64,000 bases of DNA from Candidatus Chisholmbacteria bacterium (GTDB taxonomy: Bacteria; Patescibacteriota; Microgenomatia; UBA1400; Chisholmbacteraceae). Below the pieces are notes generated by a model, which did no database searches, was not told the DNA's origin, and was given only the letters and a program-made list of their open reading frames with translations. The stretch is from positions 515,438 through 579,437 of the forward strand of contig CAVPHZ010000001.1 in assembly GCA_963704905.1 (NCBI GenBank), read 5' to 3'. Numbering within the stretch: position 1 is the stretch's first letter; every line of letters begins with the position of its first letter. This document shows, in pieces, positions 19,120 through 27,895 of this stretch. Both the position numbers and the translations under genes were made by a program.

Positions 19120-19155
19120 GCGGGGCTGCTTTGAGGCAACCCCGCTTAATTATTT
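19120..19155 (+). terminator. Hairpin after trxA (possible intrinsic terminator or stability hairpin)
   Basis: GCGGGGCTGC-TTTGAG-GCAACCCCGC followed by an AT-rich tail. Confidence 0.5.
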
Positions 19156-19188
19156 AAAAAGTATATACTTCAATTATTAAGGAGTTTC

Positions 19189-20277
19189 ATGGCTGACGTT
19201 AGAAATACTATTATTATTGGTTCCGGTCCAGCGGGATATGCGGCAGGAATTTACATGGCAAGAGCGGAGCTTGTTCCACTACTTCTTGCTGGAGAGAAAA
19301 GTGGTGGGCAGTTGATGCTGACGACTGATGTTGAGAACTATCCTGGATTTGCTGAGGGAAAGATGGGACCTGAGTTGATGGCGGAGATGCGGCAACAAGC
19401 AGAACGATTTGGCACAGAGATGGTTGATACTTTCGTGACTGCGGTAGATTTTTCTTCTCGACCTTTCAAGATTTGGACGGCAGTAACTGAAGGAAAGTCG
19501 ATGGAAGATTTGGCGATACATTCCAAACCTGAAGAATTCCAGAGTGCAATCTCTGAGGTTAAAAAGCAACCGCATGCCTATGAAGCCAAGTCAGTTGTTT
19601 TGGCTACTGGAGCAATCTCAATTCTTCTCGGATTACCTGGTGAGTCAGAACACTTAGGTCGTGGAGTAAGCACGTGCGCTGTGTGTGACGCAGCGTTTTT
19701 TCGAGAAAAGAATGTTTACCTTGTTGGTGGTGGTGATGCTGCGATGGAGGATGTTTTAGCGTTGGTGAAGTTTGCATCTACCGTCACTTTAATTCATCGA
19801 AGAGATGAGCTTCGTGCAAGTAAAATAATGCAGAGAAGGGTGCTGGAGGACAATAAAGACAAAGTTAAGGTTTTGTGGAACTCAGAAGTGCTTGAGGTGA
19901 AAGGAGATGGGCAGAGAATTTCTGGGATACGGGTGAAGAACAATCGGACTGGTGAAAAGCGAGAGCTACCAGCAGACGGTCTGTTTGTTGCTATCGGTCA
20001 TAAACCAATGACGCAGGTGTTTCGAAATGAAGTACGGTTGGATGAGAAAGGCTACATTGTGACCCGACTGGGTTTAGATAAACAGAGCGTTGAGCTGGCT
20101 GAATCGCATATTAATGTAGAAGGAAAATTAGAATTTCCCACAATGACGAGCGTGGAAGGTGTTTTTGCAGCTGGAGATGTGGTTGATTTTCGTTATAAAC
20201 AAGCAATTACTGCGGCTGGATTTGGTACAATGGCGGCGCTTGATGCAGAGTGGTGGTTGCAGAAACATAATACTTAA
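19189..20277 (+). CDS. trxB: Thioredoxin-disulfide reductase
   Basis: GSGPAG, GGQL, ENYPG, GVSTCAVCD, GGGDAAME, HRRD, GVFAAGDV, QAITAAG. Confidence 0.95.
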   Translation: MADVRNTIIIGSGPAGYAAGIYMARAELVPLLLAGEKSGGQLMLTTDVENYPGFAEGKMGPELMAEMRQQAERFGTEMVDTFVTAVDFSSRPFKIWTAVTEGKSMEDLAIHSKPEEFQSAISEVKKQPHAYEAKSVVLATGAISILLGLPGESEHLGRGVSTCAVCDAAFFREKNVYLVGGGDAAMEDVLALVKFASTVTLIHRRDELRASKIMQRRVLEDNKDKVKVLWNSEVLEVKGDGQRISGIRVKNNRTGEKRELPADGLFVAIGHKPMTQVFRNEVRLDEKGYIVTRLGLDKQSVELAESHINVEGKLEFPTMTSVEGVFAAGDVVDFRYKQAITAAGFGTMAALDAEWWLQKHNT

Positions 20278-20335
20278 GGGCGAGTGGTGAGCTACGTTAT
20301 GAATTCTTGTGGGCGGACATGGAGTTAACTAGACG

Positions 20336-20674
20336 ATGTTAGAAAGAGAAATAGTTGATGAACAATCATCGGATGAAGGTGGTGGGACTGAAAAAGAACC
20401 AGTTTTTCAGATTGATCATGGTACGGCTAATGGGCGTACATTATTTTGGAGGAACAAAGACGGTGAAGGGGTAACTATGTTGATCTGGGATCCAGAAAAT
20501 GGCTACTATGGATGGGCATCTGCAGCTAAAGCAGCTAAAACATTTGATCGATGTATTACAAGAGAAGATCTACTACTTCAACTTGACCACCTACCAGAAT
20601 CATCCATTAACGAGGAGATGTTCGATAGTTTATTACTTGTAATAAGAGGGGAAGAACATGTCGAATCCGTATAG
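20336..20674 (+). CDS. Hypothetical protein
   Basis: 112-aa ORF with GGAG upstream; overlaps the gdhA start. Confidence 0.55.
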   Translation: MLEREIVDEQSSDEGGGTEKEPVFQIDHGTANGRTLFWRNKDGEGVTMLIWDPENGYYGWASAAKAAKTFDRCITREDLLLQLDHLPESSINEEMFDSLLLVIRGEEHVESV

Positions 20675-21953
20675 CAATGCTTTACAGCAGCTAGATGAAG
20701 TATTGAAGCATATTGAAGTTCCTAAGGACGTAACTCAGCAGCTAAAGAAGCCGAAGACTGTTATTAAGAAAAACCTCAAAGTGAAGATGGACACTGGGAA
20801 AGTGAAGTCTTTCTTTGCTTTTCGATCTCAGCATAACGATGCGAGGGGACCGTTTAAGGGAGGAATTCGATTTCATCCACAAGTGAGCGAAGATGAGGTG
20901 AAGGCGCTTTCTATGTGGATGACCTGGAAGTCGGCAGTGGTTGGTATTCCCTATGGAGGAGGAAAAGGTGGAGTCATTGTTGATCCAAAATTACTCTCTT
21001 CATCAGGAGAACTCGAGCGACTCTCGCGTGAGTATATGAAGGCATTTGCTCCTCACTTCGGTGCGTGGAGAGACGTCCCAGCTCCTGATGTAAATACAAA
21101 TCCCCAAGTTATGGCATGGATGCTGGACGAGTATCAGAAATATGTAAAGAACCACGAGCAACACGATGCAAGGAATTATTCATCACCGTATGCGGTATTA
21201 ACGGGAAAGCCGATTGAGTTGGGGGGGTCGCAAGGCAGGACAGAGGCGACTGGTTTTGGAGGATTTATCATTCTTGAGCAGTTGGCTAAAAAACTTAAAT
21301 TGCGGAGGCAGTATACAACTATTGCTATACAAGGATTCGGTAATGTTGGGTATTGGTTTGCGTATTATGCTGATCGGGCTGGTTTTAAGGTGGTTGCGGC
21401 TTCTGACAGTCAAGGTGGTGTCTATGTTCCTCGGGGTTTGAGTCCTGAATTAACTATGACGCGAAAGCGAGAGCGGGGGCAGATAGCAGGAAATTACTGC
21501 GTTGGGTCGGTTTGTGATCTTAAACTTGGAAAAGATATCAGCCAAGAAGAACTTCTCGAACTTGATGTCGATATTTTAGTCCCGGCAGCGCTTGAAGGAG
21601 TAATTCATAAAAAAAATGCTGCAAAAATCAAGGCGAAGGCAATTATTGAGCTGGCAAATGGACCGGTAACACCTGAAGCGGATGCTATTTTTATAAAACG
21701 AAAGATGCAGTCTGTGCCTGATATTTTGGCGAATGCAGGAGGAGTAACAACCTCATATTTTGAGTGGTCGCAAAATCTTTCAGGTTACTACTGGAAAAAA
21801 GACCTGGTTTTTGAGCGGTTGCAAGAGATCTTGGAGGATGCATTTGAGAATGTGTGGGAAATCTCGAAGGATAAGCATACTGACTTACGAACAGCTGCTT
21901 ACATTTTGGCAGTTTCTCGAGTAGTTGAGGCAATGAAACTGCGTGGGAATTAA
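20658..21953 (+). CDS. gdhA: Glu/Leu/Phe/Val dehydrogenase (glutamate dehydrogenase)
   Basis: GPFKGGIRFHP, MTWK, GGGKGG, DVPAPD, ATGFG, QGFGNVG, ELANGP, NAGGV. Confidence 0.93.
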   Translation: MSNPYSNALQQLDEVLKHIEVPKDVTQQLKKPKTVIKKNLKVKMDTGKVKSFFAFRSQHNDARGPFKGGIRFHPQVSEDEVKALSMWMTWKSAVVGIPYGGGKGGVIVDPKLLSSSGELERLSREYMKAFAPHFGAWRDVPAPDVNTNPQVMAWMLDEYQKYVKNHEQHDARNYSSPYAVLTGKPIELGGSQGRTEATGFGGFIILEQLAKKLKLRRQYTTIAIQGFGNVGYWFAYYADRAGFKVVAASDSQGGVYVPRGLSPELTMTRKRERGQIAGNYCVGSVCDLKLGKDISQEELLELDVDILVPAALEGVIHKKNAAKIKAKAIIELANGPVTPEADAIFIKRKMQSVPDILANAGGVTTSYFEWSQNLSGYYWKKDLVFERLQEILEDAFENVWEISKDKHTDLRTAAYILAVSRVVEAMKLRGN

Positions 21954-21992
21954 AAAAAACAACAAGATTCAAATATTTATCATATTGTTTAG

Positions 21993-22021
21993 TTGACATT
22001 GCTCACACGCTCGAGTATAGT
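21993..22021 (+). promoter_or_regulatory. Sigma70-type promoter
   Basis: TTGACA-17-TATAGT just upstream of the dsbA-like gene. Confidence 0.65.
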
Positions 22022-22032
22022 TTGGTGATCTT

Positions 22033-22791
22033 ATGAAGCTTCCTGAAAAAACAACTCCACTCCTTTTGGTGCTTCTGATTGCTGCTGCTTTTCTTATTGG
22101 GCGCTATCAGGGTCAGCTTGAACTTCTTAAAGGTGGGAGTACTTCAGGAACACGTACTGTTCAACAACCAACAACTCAACAAGGAATACAACCTGGAACT
22201 CAACAAGGTCAAGATCCTAATGCGCAACTCCCTCCTCAAACGCAACTTACTGATGATCAATGGCAGAATCTTTTGGCTTTTCCAGTTGCAGCAAAAGGGG
22301 ATGACAGTGCCCCTGTGACCATCGTGGAATTTACTGACTATCAATGTCCATACTGTTCGCAATATTTTACTTCCACGTATCCTCAGATCAATGAGCAGTA
22401 TATCAATACGGGTAAAGTACGTTACATGGTGCGGGATTTCCCCTTGCCATTTCATGGAAATGCAGCTATTGCAGCACAGGCAGCACGATGTGCTGGAGAT
22501 GGAGGGAAATATTGGGAGATGCATGAGGTACTCTTTGAGAAGCAAGAGGATTGGTCATCTGGTAATCCTACTGAGACATTTACGTCTTATGCAGGTGATA
22601 TTGGCATAAATACTGGATCGTTCTCTGATTGTTTGTCTAGTGAAAAATACAAGCAGGCTGTTGATGATGATCTTGAGCTGGCTCAGCAACTTGGTGTGGG
22701 AGGGACTCCTGGTTTCTTCATCAATGGGAAGCTGTTGGTTGGAGCGCAGCCGTTTTCGGCATTTGAAACAGAAATCGAGAGTAATTTCTAA
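22033..22791 (+). CDS. DsbA family thiol-disulfide oxidoreductase, membrane anchored
   Basis: EFTDYQCPYC, RDFPL, GVGGTPGFFING; N-terminal TM and Gln-rich linker. Confidence 0.9.
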   Translation: MKLPEKTTPLLLVLLIAAAFLIGRYQGQLELLKGGSTSGTRTVQQPTTQQGIQPGTQQGQDPNAQLPPQTQLTDDQWQNLLAFPVAAKGDDSAPVTIVEFTDYQCPYCSQYFTSTYPQINEQYINTGKVRYMVRDFPLPFHGNAAIAAQAARCAGDGGKYWEMHEVLFEKQEDWSSGNPTETFTSYAGDIGINTGSFSDCLSSEKYKQAVDDDLELAQQLGVGGTPGFFINGKLLVGAQPFSAFETEIESNF

Positions 22792-22813
22792 AACTTTTTC
22801 TTCTTTTTTCTTT

Positions 22814-23197
22814 TTACTCTTCTGGGATGAAACTCTTAATTTTTTCTGATAGAAGGTCAGGATTCACGTCGGTTTTGATGATAAAGGCGTTGGCTCCCAA
22901 TGCCATTGCTTGTTCGAGGACGGGATCGTGAGCAAGATTTGTGAGAATGACAATAGGACCGTTTTTCATTTTTGGCGGTGATGTTTGAAGTTTTTTTAAT
23001 ACTGAGATGCCATCGAGTTTTGGCATCATGAGGTCAAGGAGAATTAGCGCATATCCACCTTGTTGAGCTTTTGTTAATCCTTCTTCACCGTCGCCTGCGC
23101 TTTCGACCTGGTAGCCTGCAAACTTGATAATCTCGGTATAGAGTTCTCTGGCGTCTTTTTCGTCTTCTATAAGGAGAATGCGTTGGTTTGATTGCAT
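22814..23197 (-). CDS. Single-domain response regulator (receiver)
   Basis: LLIEDE, LLDLMMPKLDG, ILTN, FIIK; start at ATG 23197. Confidence 0.9.
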   Translation of the reverse strand: MQSNQRILLIEDEKDARELYTEIIKFAGYQVESAGDGEEGLTKAQQGGYALILLDLMMPKLDGISVLKKLQTSPPKMKNGPIVILTNLAHDPVLEQAMALGANAFIIKTDVNPDLLSEKIKSFIPEE

Positions 23198-23229
23198 TAC
23201 TTGTAGACTACGATACCTAAAGCGCGAAA

Positions 23230-25368
23230 TCAAGCGGCTGGTAATGTGAATGATACAGTGCTCCCTTTGCCAAGTTCTGAATCGAACCAAATTTTTCCAC
23301 CTGAGATGTTTATGAGAAGGTTGCAAATGTACAGACCTAGCCCCGAGCCGGGAGTTTCGGTGAATTCTGCTTCTTTGACATCGAGTTTTCCAAATTTAGT
23401 GAACAACTGGGTGAGATTATCTTTGCTTACACCGATGCCTGTATCAGATATATTTACTTTGATCATTTCTCCTTCTTTGAAGATTGAGAGAGTAATTTTT
23501 CCATCCTTGGGAGTGAATTTGATCGCATTGTCTATCAGGTTTGAAATGACCTGATGGATTTTATCACTATCTGCAGTGACAATATACGTTTTATGAGTAT
23601 TCAATTTTACATAGACCTTTTTCTCTTCTGCCTTGGGGTAGAGCTCTTCAACTGCACGTTGTGCAAGCTCAGTAATATTAAAATTTGTAGGCTTAAGATT
23701 GATACGCTTGCTTTCTATTTTTGACACATCAAGCATGTCGTTTATGAGTTTAATTTCTCGCTCGTTGGTTTCATAAACACGCTGGAGACGGTGGTAGATG
23801 TGCTGGGGAAGATCCTTTTCTTGCTTCAGTATCATATAGAGATAGTTTTTCATGATTGATGCTGGCGTGCGGAGTTCATGAGATGCAATCGAGATGAATT
23901 CATCTTTGAGTTTATCTAAATCTTGGAGATGGCGAAGTGCTTGTCGTAAGTCTTTAGTAGCTTTTTTAACTTCATCCTGTAGTGTGATGTTAAAGTTTTT
24001 GATTTCCTCATACCGTTGAGCGTTTTGGAGGGCGACGGCAAACTCAGGACCAACAATATTCAGCAGGTTTAAATCTTTGGCGTAGTACGGTTCACCAGAT
24101 GATTTCTCACCAAGAAGGAGTGATCCAATGATCTGGTTTTTTGTAACCATAGGGACTACAATGGCAATTGATAAGTCTCGCAATCTTTGTTTGGTATGGC
24201 CTTCTTTCAATTCTTCGTAGATCACCATTTTGTCAGAACTGTCTTTGGCGATAAGTTTTTTTAGTATCTCTCGAGTCAGCTTTTTTTTATGACTTTCAGG
24301 TTGGGTTCTTAAAGATAAATAATGGATATCTGATCCGATAATAAATGATCCCCAAGAGATTTTCATTTGTTCTCTAAGAATAGTTAGTAGTTTGTCAGAG
24401 AGTTTGTTCAGATTTCTTGTTAACGCCATCGATTGCGAAAGGCTATGTAAAAGTACATCAGTGCTATATCTATCCTTATAGAAGATATTGTCGGTGATTT
24501 TCCCAAAATAATCCTGTAATGGTTGGAATGTATATGCGATAAATAGTGCAATAACCGTGGTTATGAGTATGTTCATTGTTCTACTATCGCCAATTTGTAC
24601 GTATGTACTCAGTAAAAATAACAGCGAAGAGTAAAATAACCCCAAAAAAATGATCAGTACTGTGTAACTAATGGATCTTGCGATGATAACCCGAATATCC
24701 ATAAATCTGTGCTTGATGATTGCGTAAGTGATTATGACATTCATGGGTGTGAGGAAAATGGGACCGAGAGCAATCCATCTAAAATTTCTGAAGAGAGGCA
24801 GTATGATGTTTGGAATAATTGCACCAATACTTGGGAAAAGAAGACCTATCAGCACTAGACGCATCTGGAGTTTGACGATTCCTTTTGAGGAGTGGAACTT
24901 TTTCCAAACAAGCAAGAAACCCCAAATTATGAATGCAAGGTAATACACCATCCAAAACAGATAGACTGGGCCGAGCGTTATGATTTTTTCAGTTGGGAGT
25001 ATCTGAATTTGTTTAATCCATACACCAGGCAGTAGGAGTAAAGCTACAAAGAGAAGTGGAGCGAGTGTGATGAGCAGTAGTTGTTTGCTCGGGGGAGATT
25101 TTTTCTGAGTAAGAGCATATGCGAATAATACAAAAAGCGAAGGGACGAAGATTACAGAGATGTAGATAAGTGTACTCCAGAGGTAAAGAAATTGAAGATC
25201 TTTGGTGATTTGAAAAAATGATATAGCGAAAGACCAAAGGCCGACGCTTGATAGAAAAAGTGTAAGCGATTTATTAATAATACTTTGATGATTTCTCCAG
25301 AATACAATTGCGGCAAGTAGAAAGGTAAAAATGCCTATGATAATGAGTGATGCATTGATCAAGCTCAT
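23230..25368 (-). CDS. Sensor histidine kinase (7TM N-terminal sensor, GAF-like, HisKA, HATPase)
   Basis: Multiple TMs, ASHELRTP H-box, NLIDNAIKF, DTGIG, GSGLGL; start at ATG 25368. Confidence 0.92.
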   Translation of the reverse strand: MSLINASLIIIGIFTFLLAAIVFWRNHQSIINKSLTLFLSSVGLWSFAISFFQITKDLQFLYLWSTLIYISVIFVPSLFVLFAYALTQKKSPPSKQLLLITLAPLLFVALLLLPGVWIKQIQILPTEKIITLGPVYLFWMVYYLAFIIWGFLLVWKKFHSSKGIVKLQMRLVLIGLLFPSIGAIIPNIILPLFRNFRWIALGPIFLTPMNVIITYAIIKHRFMDIRVIIARSISYTVLIIFLGLFYSSLLFLLSTYVQIGDSRTMNILITTVIALFIAYTFQPLQDYFGKITDNIFYKDRYSTDVLLHSLSQSMALTRNLNKLSDKLLTILREQMKISWGSFIIGSDIHYLSLRTQPESHKKKLTREILKKLIAKDSSDKMVIYEELKEGHTKQRLRDLSIAIVVPMVTKNQIIGSLLLGEKSSGEPYYAKDLNLLNIVGPEFAVALQNAQRYEEIKNFNITLQDEVKKATKDLRQALRHLQDLDKLKDEFISIASHELRTPASIMKNYLYMILKQEKDLPQHIYHRLQRVYETNEREIKLINDMLDVSKIESKRINLKPTNFNITELAQRAVEELYPKAEEKKVYVKLNTHKTYIVTADSDKIHQVISNLIDNAIKFTPKDGKITLSIFKEGEMIKVNISDTGIGVSKDNLTQLFTKFGKLDVKEAEFTETPGSGLGLYICNLLINISGGKIWFDSELGKGSTVSFTLPAA

Positions 25369-26744
25369 GTTATCTACCAGTTTACCATTTGCGATGGACT
25401 GGTATTTAGGTGTGACTAATTTTTTTAATAACACCGACAAAATTATTTTGTAATCACGGCTTTGAATGCAAATGCTATTGGGAAATACGCGTCATTAGTG
25501 TTTGGAGAGCATTGAGAGCGTTTTAGATGTGCTTGGAACGTTTGTACTCAGGAAATTATGCTGATTTTTCCTCTTTTATTCTGTTCGATTAGGGCGATAG
25601 GAGACGTGGAGCGAGGATTTGTATCTATTGATCTGGCATCGTCTTGTTATATAGCATTATAAGCTCTTTCTTCACGAGTTATCTTTTATCTTATAGTTAT
25701 TATTCAGCATGATATTAAGTCTAGTAGCTTGGTTTTTAGGAACTATGTTATTGGAGAATATTGTTTATTAGAAATTGTTTGATGACTATGTATATTGGTT
25801 ACCTAAATTAAGAACTACTATGTTCACTTTGCAACTAGTATAAATAATCGAAACTGCTGATATAGATGTTCTTTATAGGATTAGACTAGTAATTTGGATG
25901 AATTTCCAGTCATGTAATAGGGCAGATTTCACTGAATTAGAACATACATGAGTTGAGGGGAGTATGTCGCTTAATCATATAAAGATATATATTATTATAT
26001 TACATACTATTAGATATCAATAAGTAGGACCTAGAGTAATACTTTTCGTCGAGAGATAGATAAATGGCAGAAAATTGTTACATTTGAAAGTTTTACGTGT
26101 GTTTTTTTAATTAAATTTCTCATCATTCATTGAACTGAGCATAGAAGCGGAAAGACATATTTGGGTTTGCTTAGGTACTGCTTGCTCAATGCATAGCTAT
26201 ATCCAGGCGAAGAGGCTGTCTTATCTTATTGGTTGGGATGGATTGTGAGATTGCTGGAAGCTTCATTTTTCTAGCAAACTCATATTTTCTCAAGATAGTG
26301 AAATATTGCCGGATGATTAGGAAATGTAGATTGATTTTCGTTTTATGGCCTTACTTTCTTTCACCTTGGCGAAAAGTCAGGGCTATCATTCTAGGGATGG
26401 ATATCCTGATTGGGAATTCGACTATTTCGTCTGGGCGATATTTCAGGTCAAGTGGAGTGAGCATCTGGTTTGACAACGATGGAACCATGGAATCTTAGCC
26501 CATGGAGCTTCATTTGAGGTTGTGAATTCATTTGCTTTGTTTAACTGCTGTTTTGTTGATTTAGTGTATGTGCTGTTTCCTAAATTTATGATTGGGAGGA
26601 GGGTATTGAGCAAATTATGCCTCCACTTGAGGAAACAGCCTAGTATTCAGCTACCTATGCATTGGTTAGGCTTTGCGTAGGTGACCTCTGGTAAGAGGCT
26701 TGTCAACAATTCGGTGGTGCAATCGATTTGGATGGAGAGTGAAA

Positions 26745-27698
26745 TTAAGCTCGAGTGTAGTAAACTGAGCGGCCTTTTCCATGAGGGAAAAGAAGTCCGA
26801 GGTTGACGAGTTTTCTCAAGTCACGGCTGGCGGTTATTTGGGAGATCTTACAGATTTGTTGAACTTTCCTATTTGTTACTTTTAACTCTGGTTGTTGAAC
26901 AATTCTCATGACTTCTTTCTGACGATCGTTGAGCTCGAAATATCTGGGTGAGGTCTCAGTTTTAAAACTCCGGTCTTTTACTGATTGGACGGCTTTGTTG
27001 AGTTGGACTACAACACCCTTCGTGAAGTACTCGATCCAGAGAGTTAGATTATTTGAGCGTTGTACACTCTCGAGTGCCTGCTGGTAGGAATTCATGTCTT
27101 TTCTCCAATATTCCTCAAGCACTAAGAGGCCTCTAAAGTCATAGCCATGTTTGTAGAGGAAGAGGTGAGCTAGAAGTCTGGCGAGTTTGCCATTTTTCTC
27201 TGAGATGGGTTTGAGGTTTTCGATGAGTGCTTGCGCTGCTGCAGCTTGAATGATGGGGCTTTCTTCACCCGCCTGAAGGTAATCAAGTGAGGCTTTGAGC
27301 GTTCTCTCGGGTGTGAGGAATGTTTTATCTTTGGTGTCCACGGTTGGGAGGATGGCTATTTCGTAGAGTTCCTTTAATGTTGCGGTTGAGATGGTTTTTG
27401 GAGACACGAGCCAGTTCTGGGTGATGTAGTCAAGAGCTCTTTTGTAATTTATAACCTCTTGTTGGTCAGTGGATATCTGTTTTATTTCTCTGGTGAGAGT
27501 GGAAATGGTATCTTTTTTGGAAAGTGGGTGGTTTTCGATCTTTAATGACCAGTAGATACGCTCAATGTTGGCTTCCCACTTAAGGCGTAACTCGGTTTTT
27601 GGAGCCAAGGGGGTAAGGAGGATTTGTCTTTTTAGACTTTCAATTCTCTCAGGCAGAGTTTTGAGATCTTGTGAAAGGTTGTATGAGAGACCTTGCAT
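26745..27698 (-). CDS. Fic-domain protein with degenerate active site and C-terminal winged HTH
   Basis: SLKIEN, EVINYKRAL, KPISEKNGKLAR in place of HPFxDGNGR, C-terminal TASRDLRKLV...GKGRSVYY. Confidence 0.8.
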   Translation of the reverse strand: MQGLSYNLSQDLKTLPERIESLKRQILLTPLAPKTELRLKWEANIERIYWSLKIENHPLSKKDTISTLTREIKQISTDQQEVINYKRALDYITQNWLVSPKTISTATLKELYEIAILPTVDTKDKTFLTPERTLKASLDYLQAGEESPIIQAAAAQALIENLKPISEKNGKLARLLAHLFLYKHGYDFRGLLVLEEYWRKDMNSYQQALESVQRSNNLTLWIEYFTKGVVVQLNKAVQSVKDRSFKTETSPRYFELNDRQKEVMRIVQQPELKVTNRKVQQICKISQITASRDLRKLVNLGLLFPHGKGRSVYYTRA

Positions 27699-27704
27699 GG
27701 CTGC

Positions 27705-27733
27705 ATGCTAGCTAAAATTGAAAGTTAAGTCAA
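27705..27733 (-). promoter_or_regulatory. Promoter of the Fic-like gene, probably leaderless
   Basis: Minus strand TTGACT-17-TAGCAT-6 nt-ATG. Confidence 0.6.
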
Positions 27734-27895
27734 TATATTCTCATCTCGCTGACTAACCAGATCTAGATAAAATATCATGTTAAGATTATGATAAGTTTAG
27801 TTACGCCTTATTTTGGGGCTTGACATATATATTAAAAAGCTGATTCAATAATGATAAGAATATCCAGGTGTTGAATAAGCAATACCTAAGCAAAC

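Noticed and set aside
25441-26744. Replication origin, and the 89-aa ORF at 26229-26498
   Set aside because: No clear TTATCCACA-type DnaA boxes or dnaA/dnaN nearby; the ORF has a TTG start and no recognisable features.
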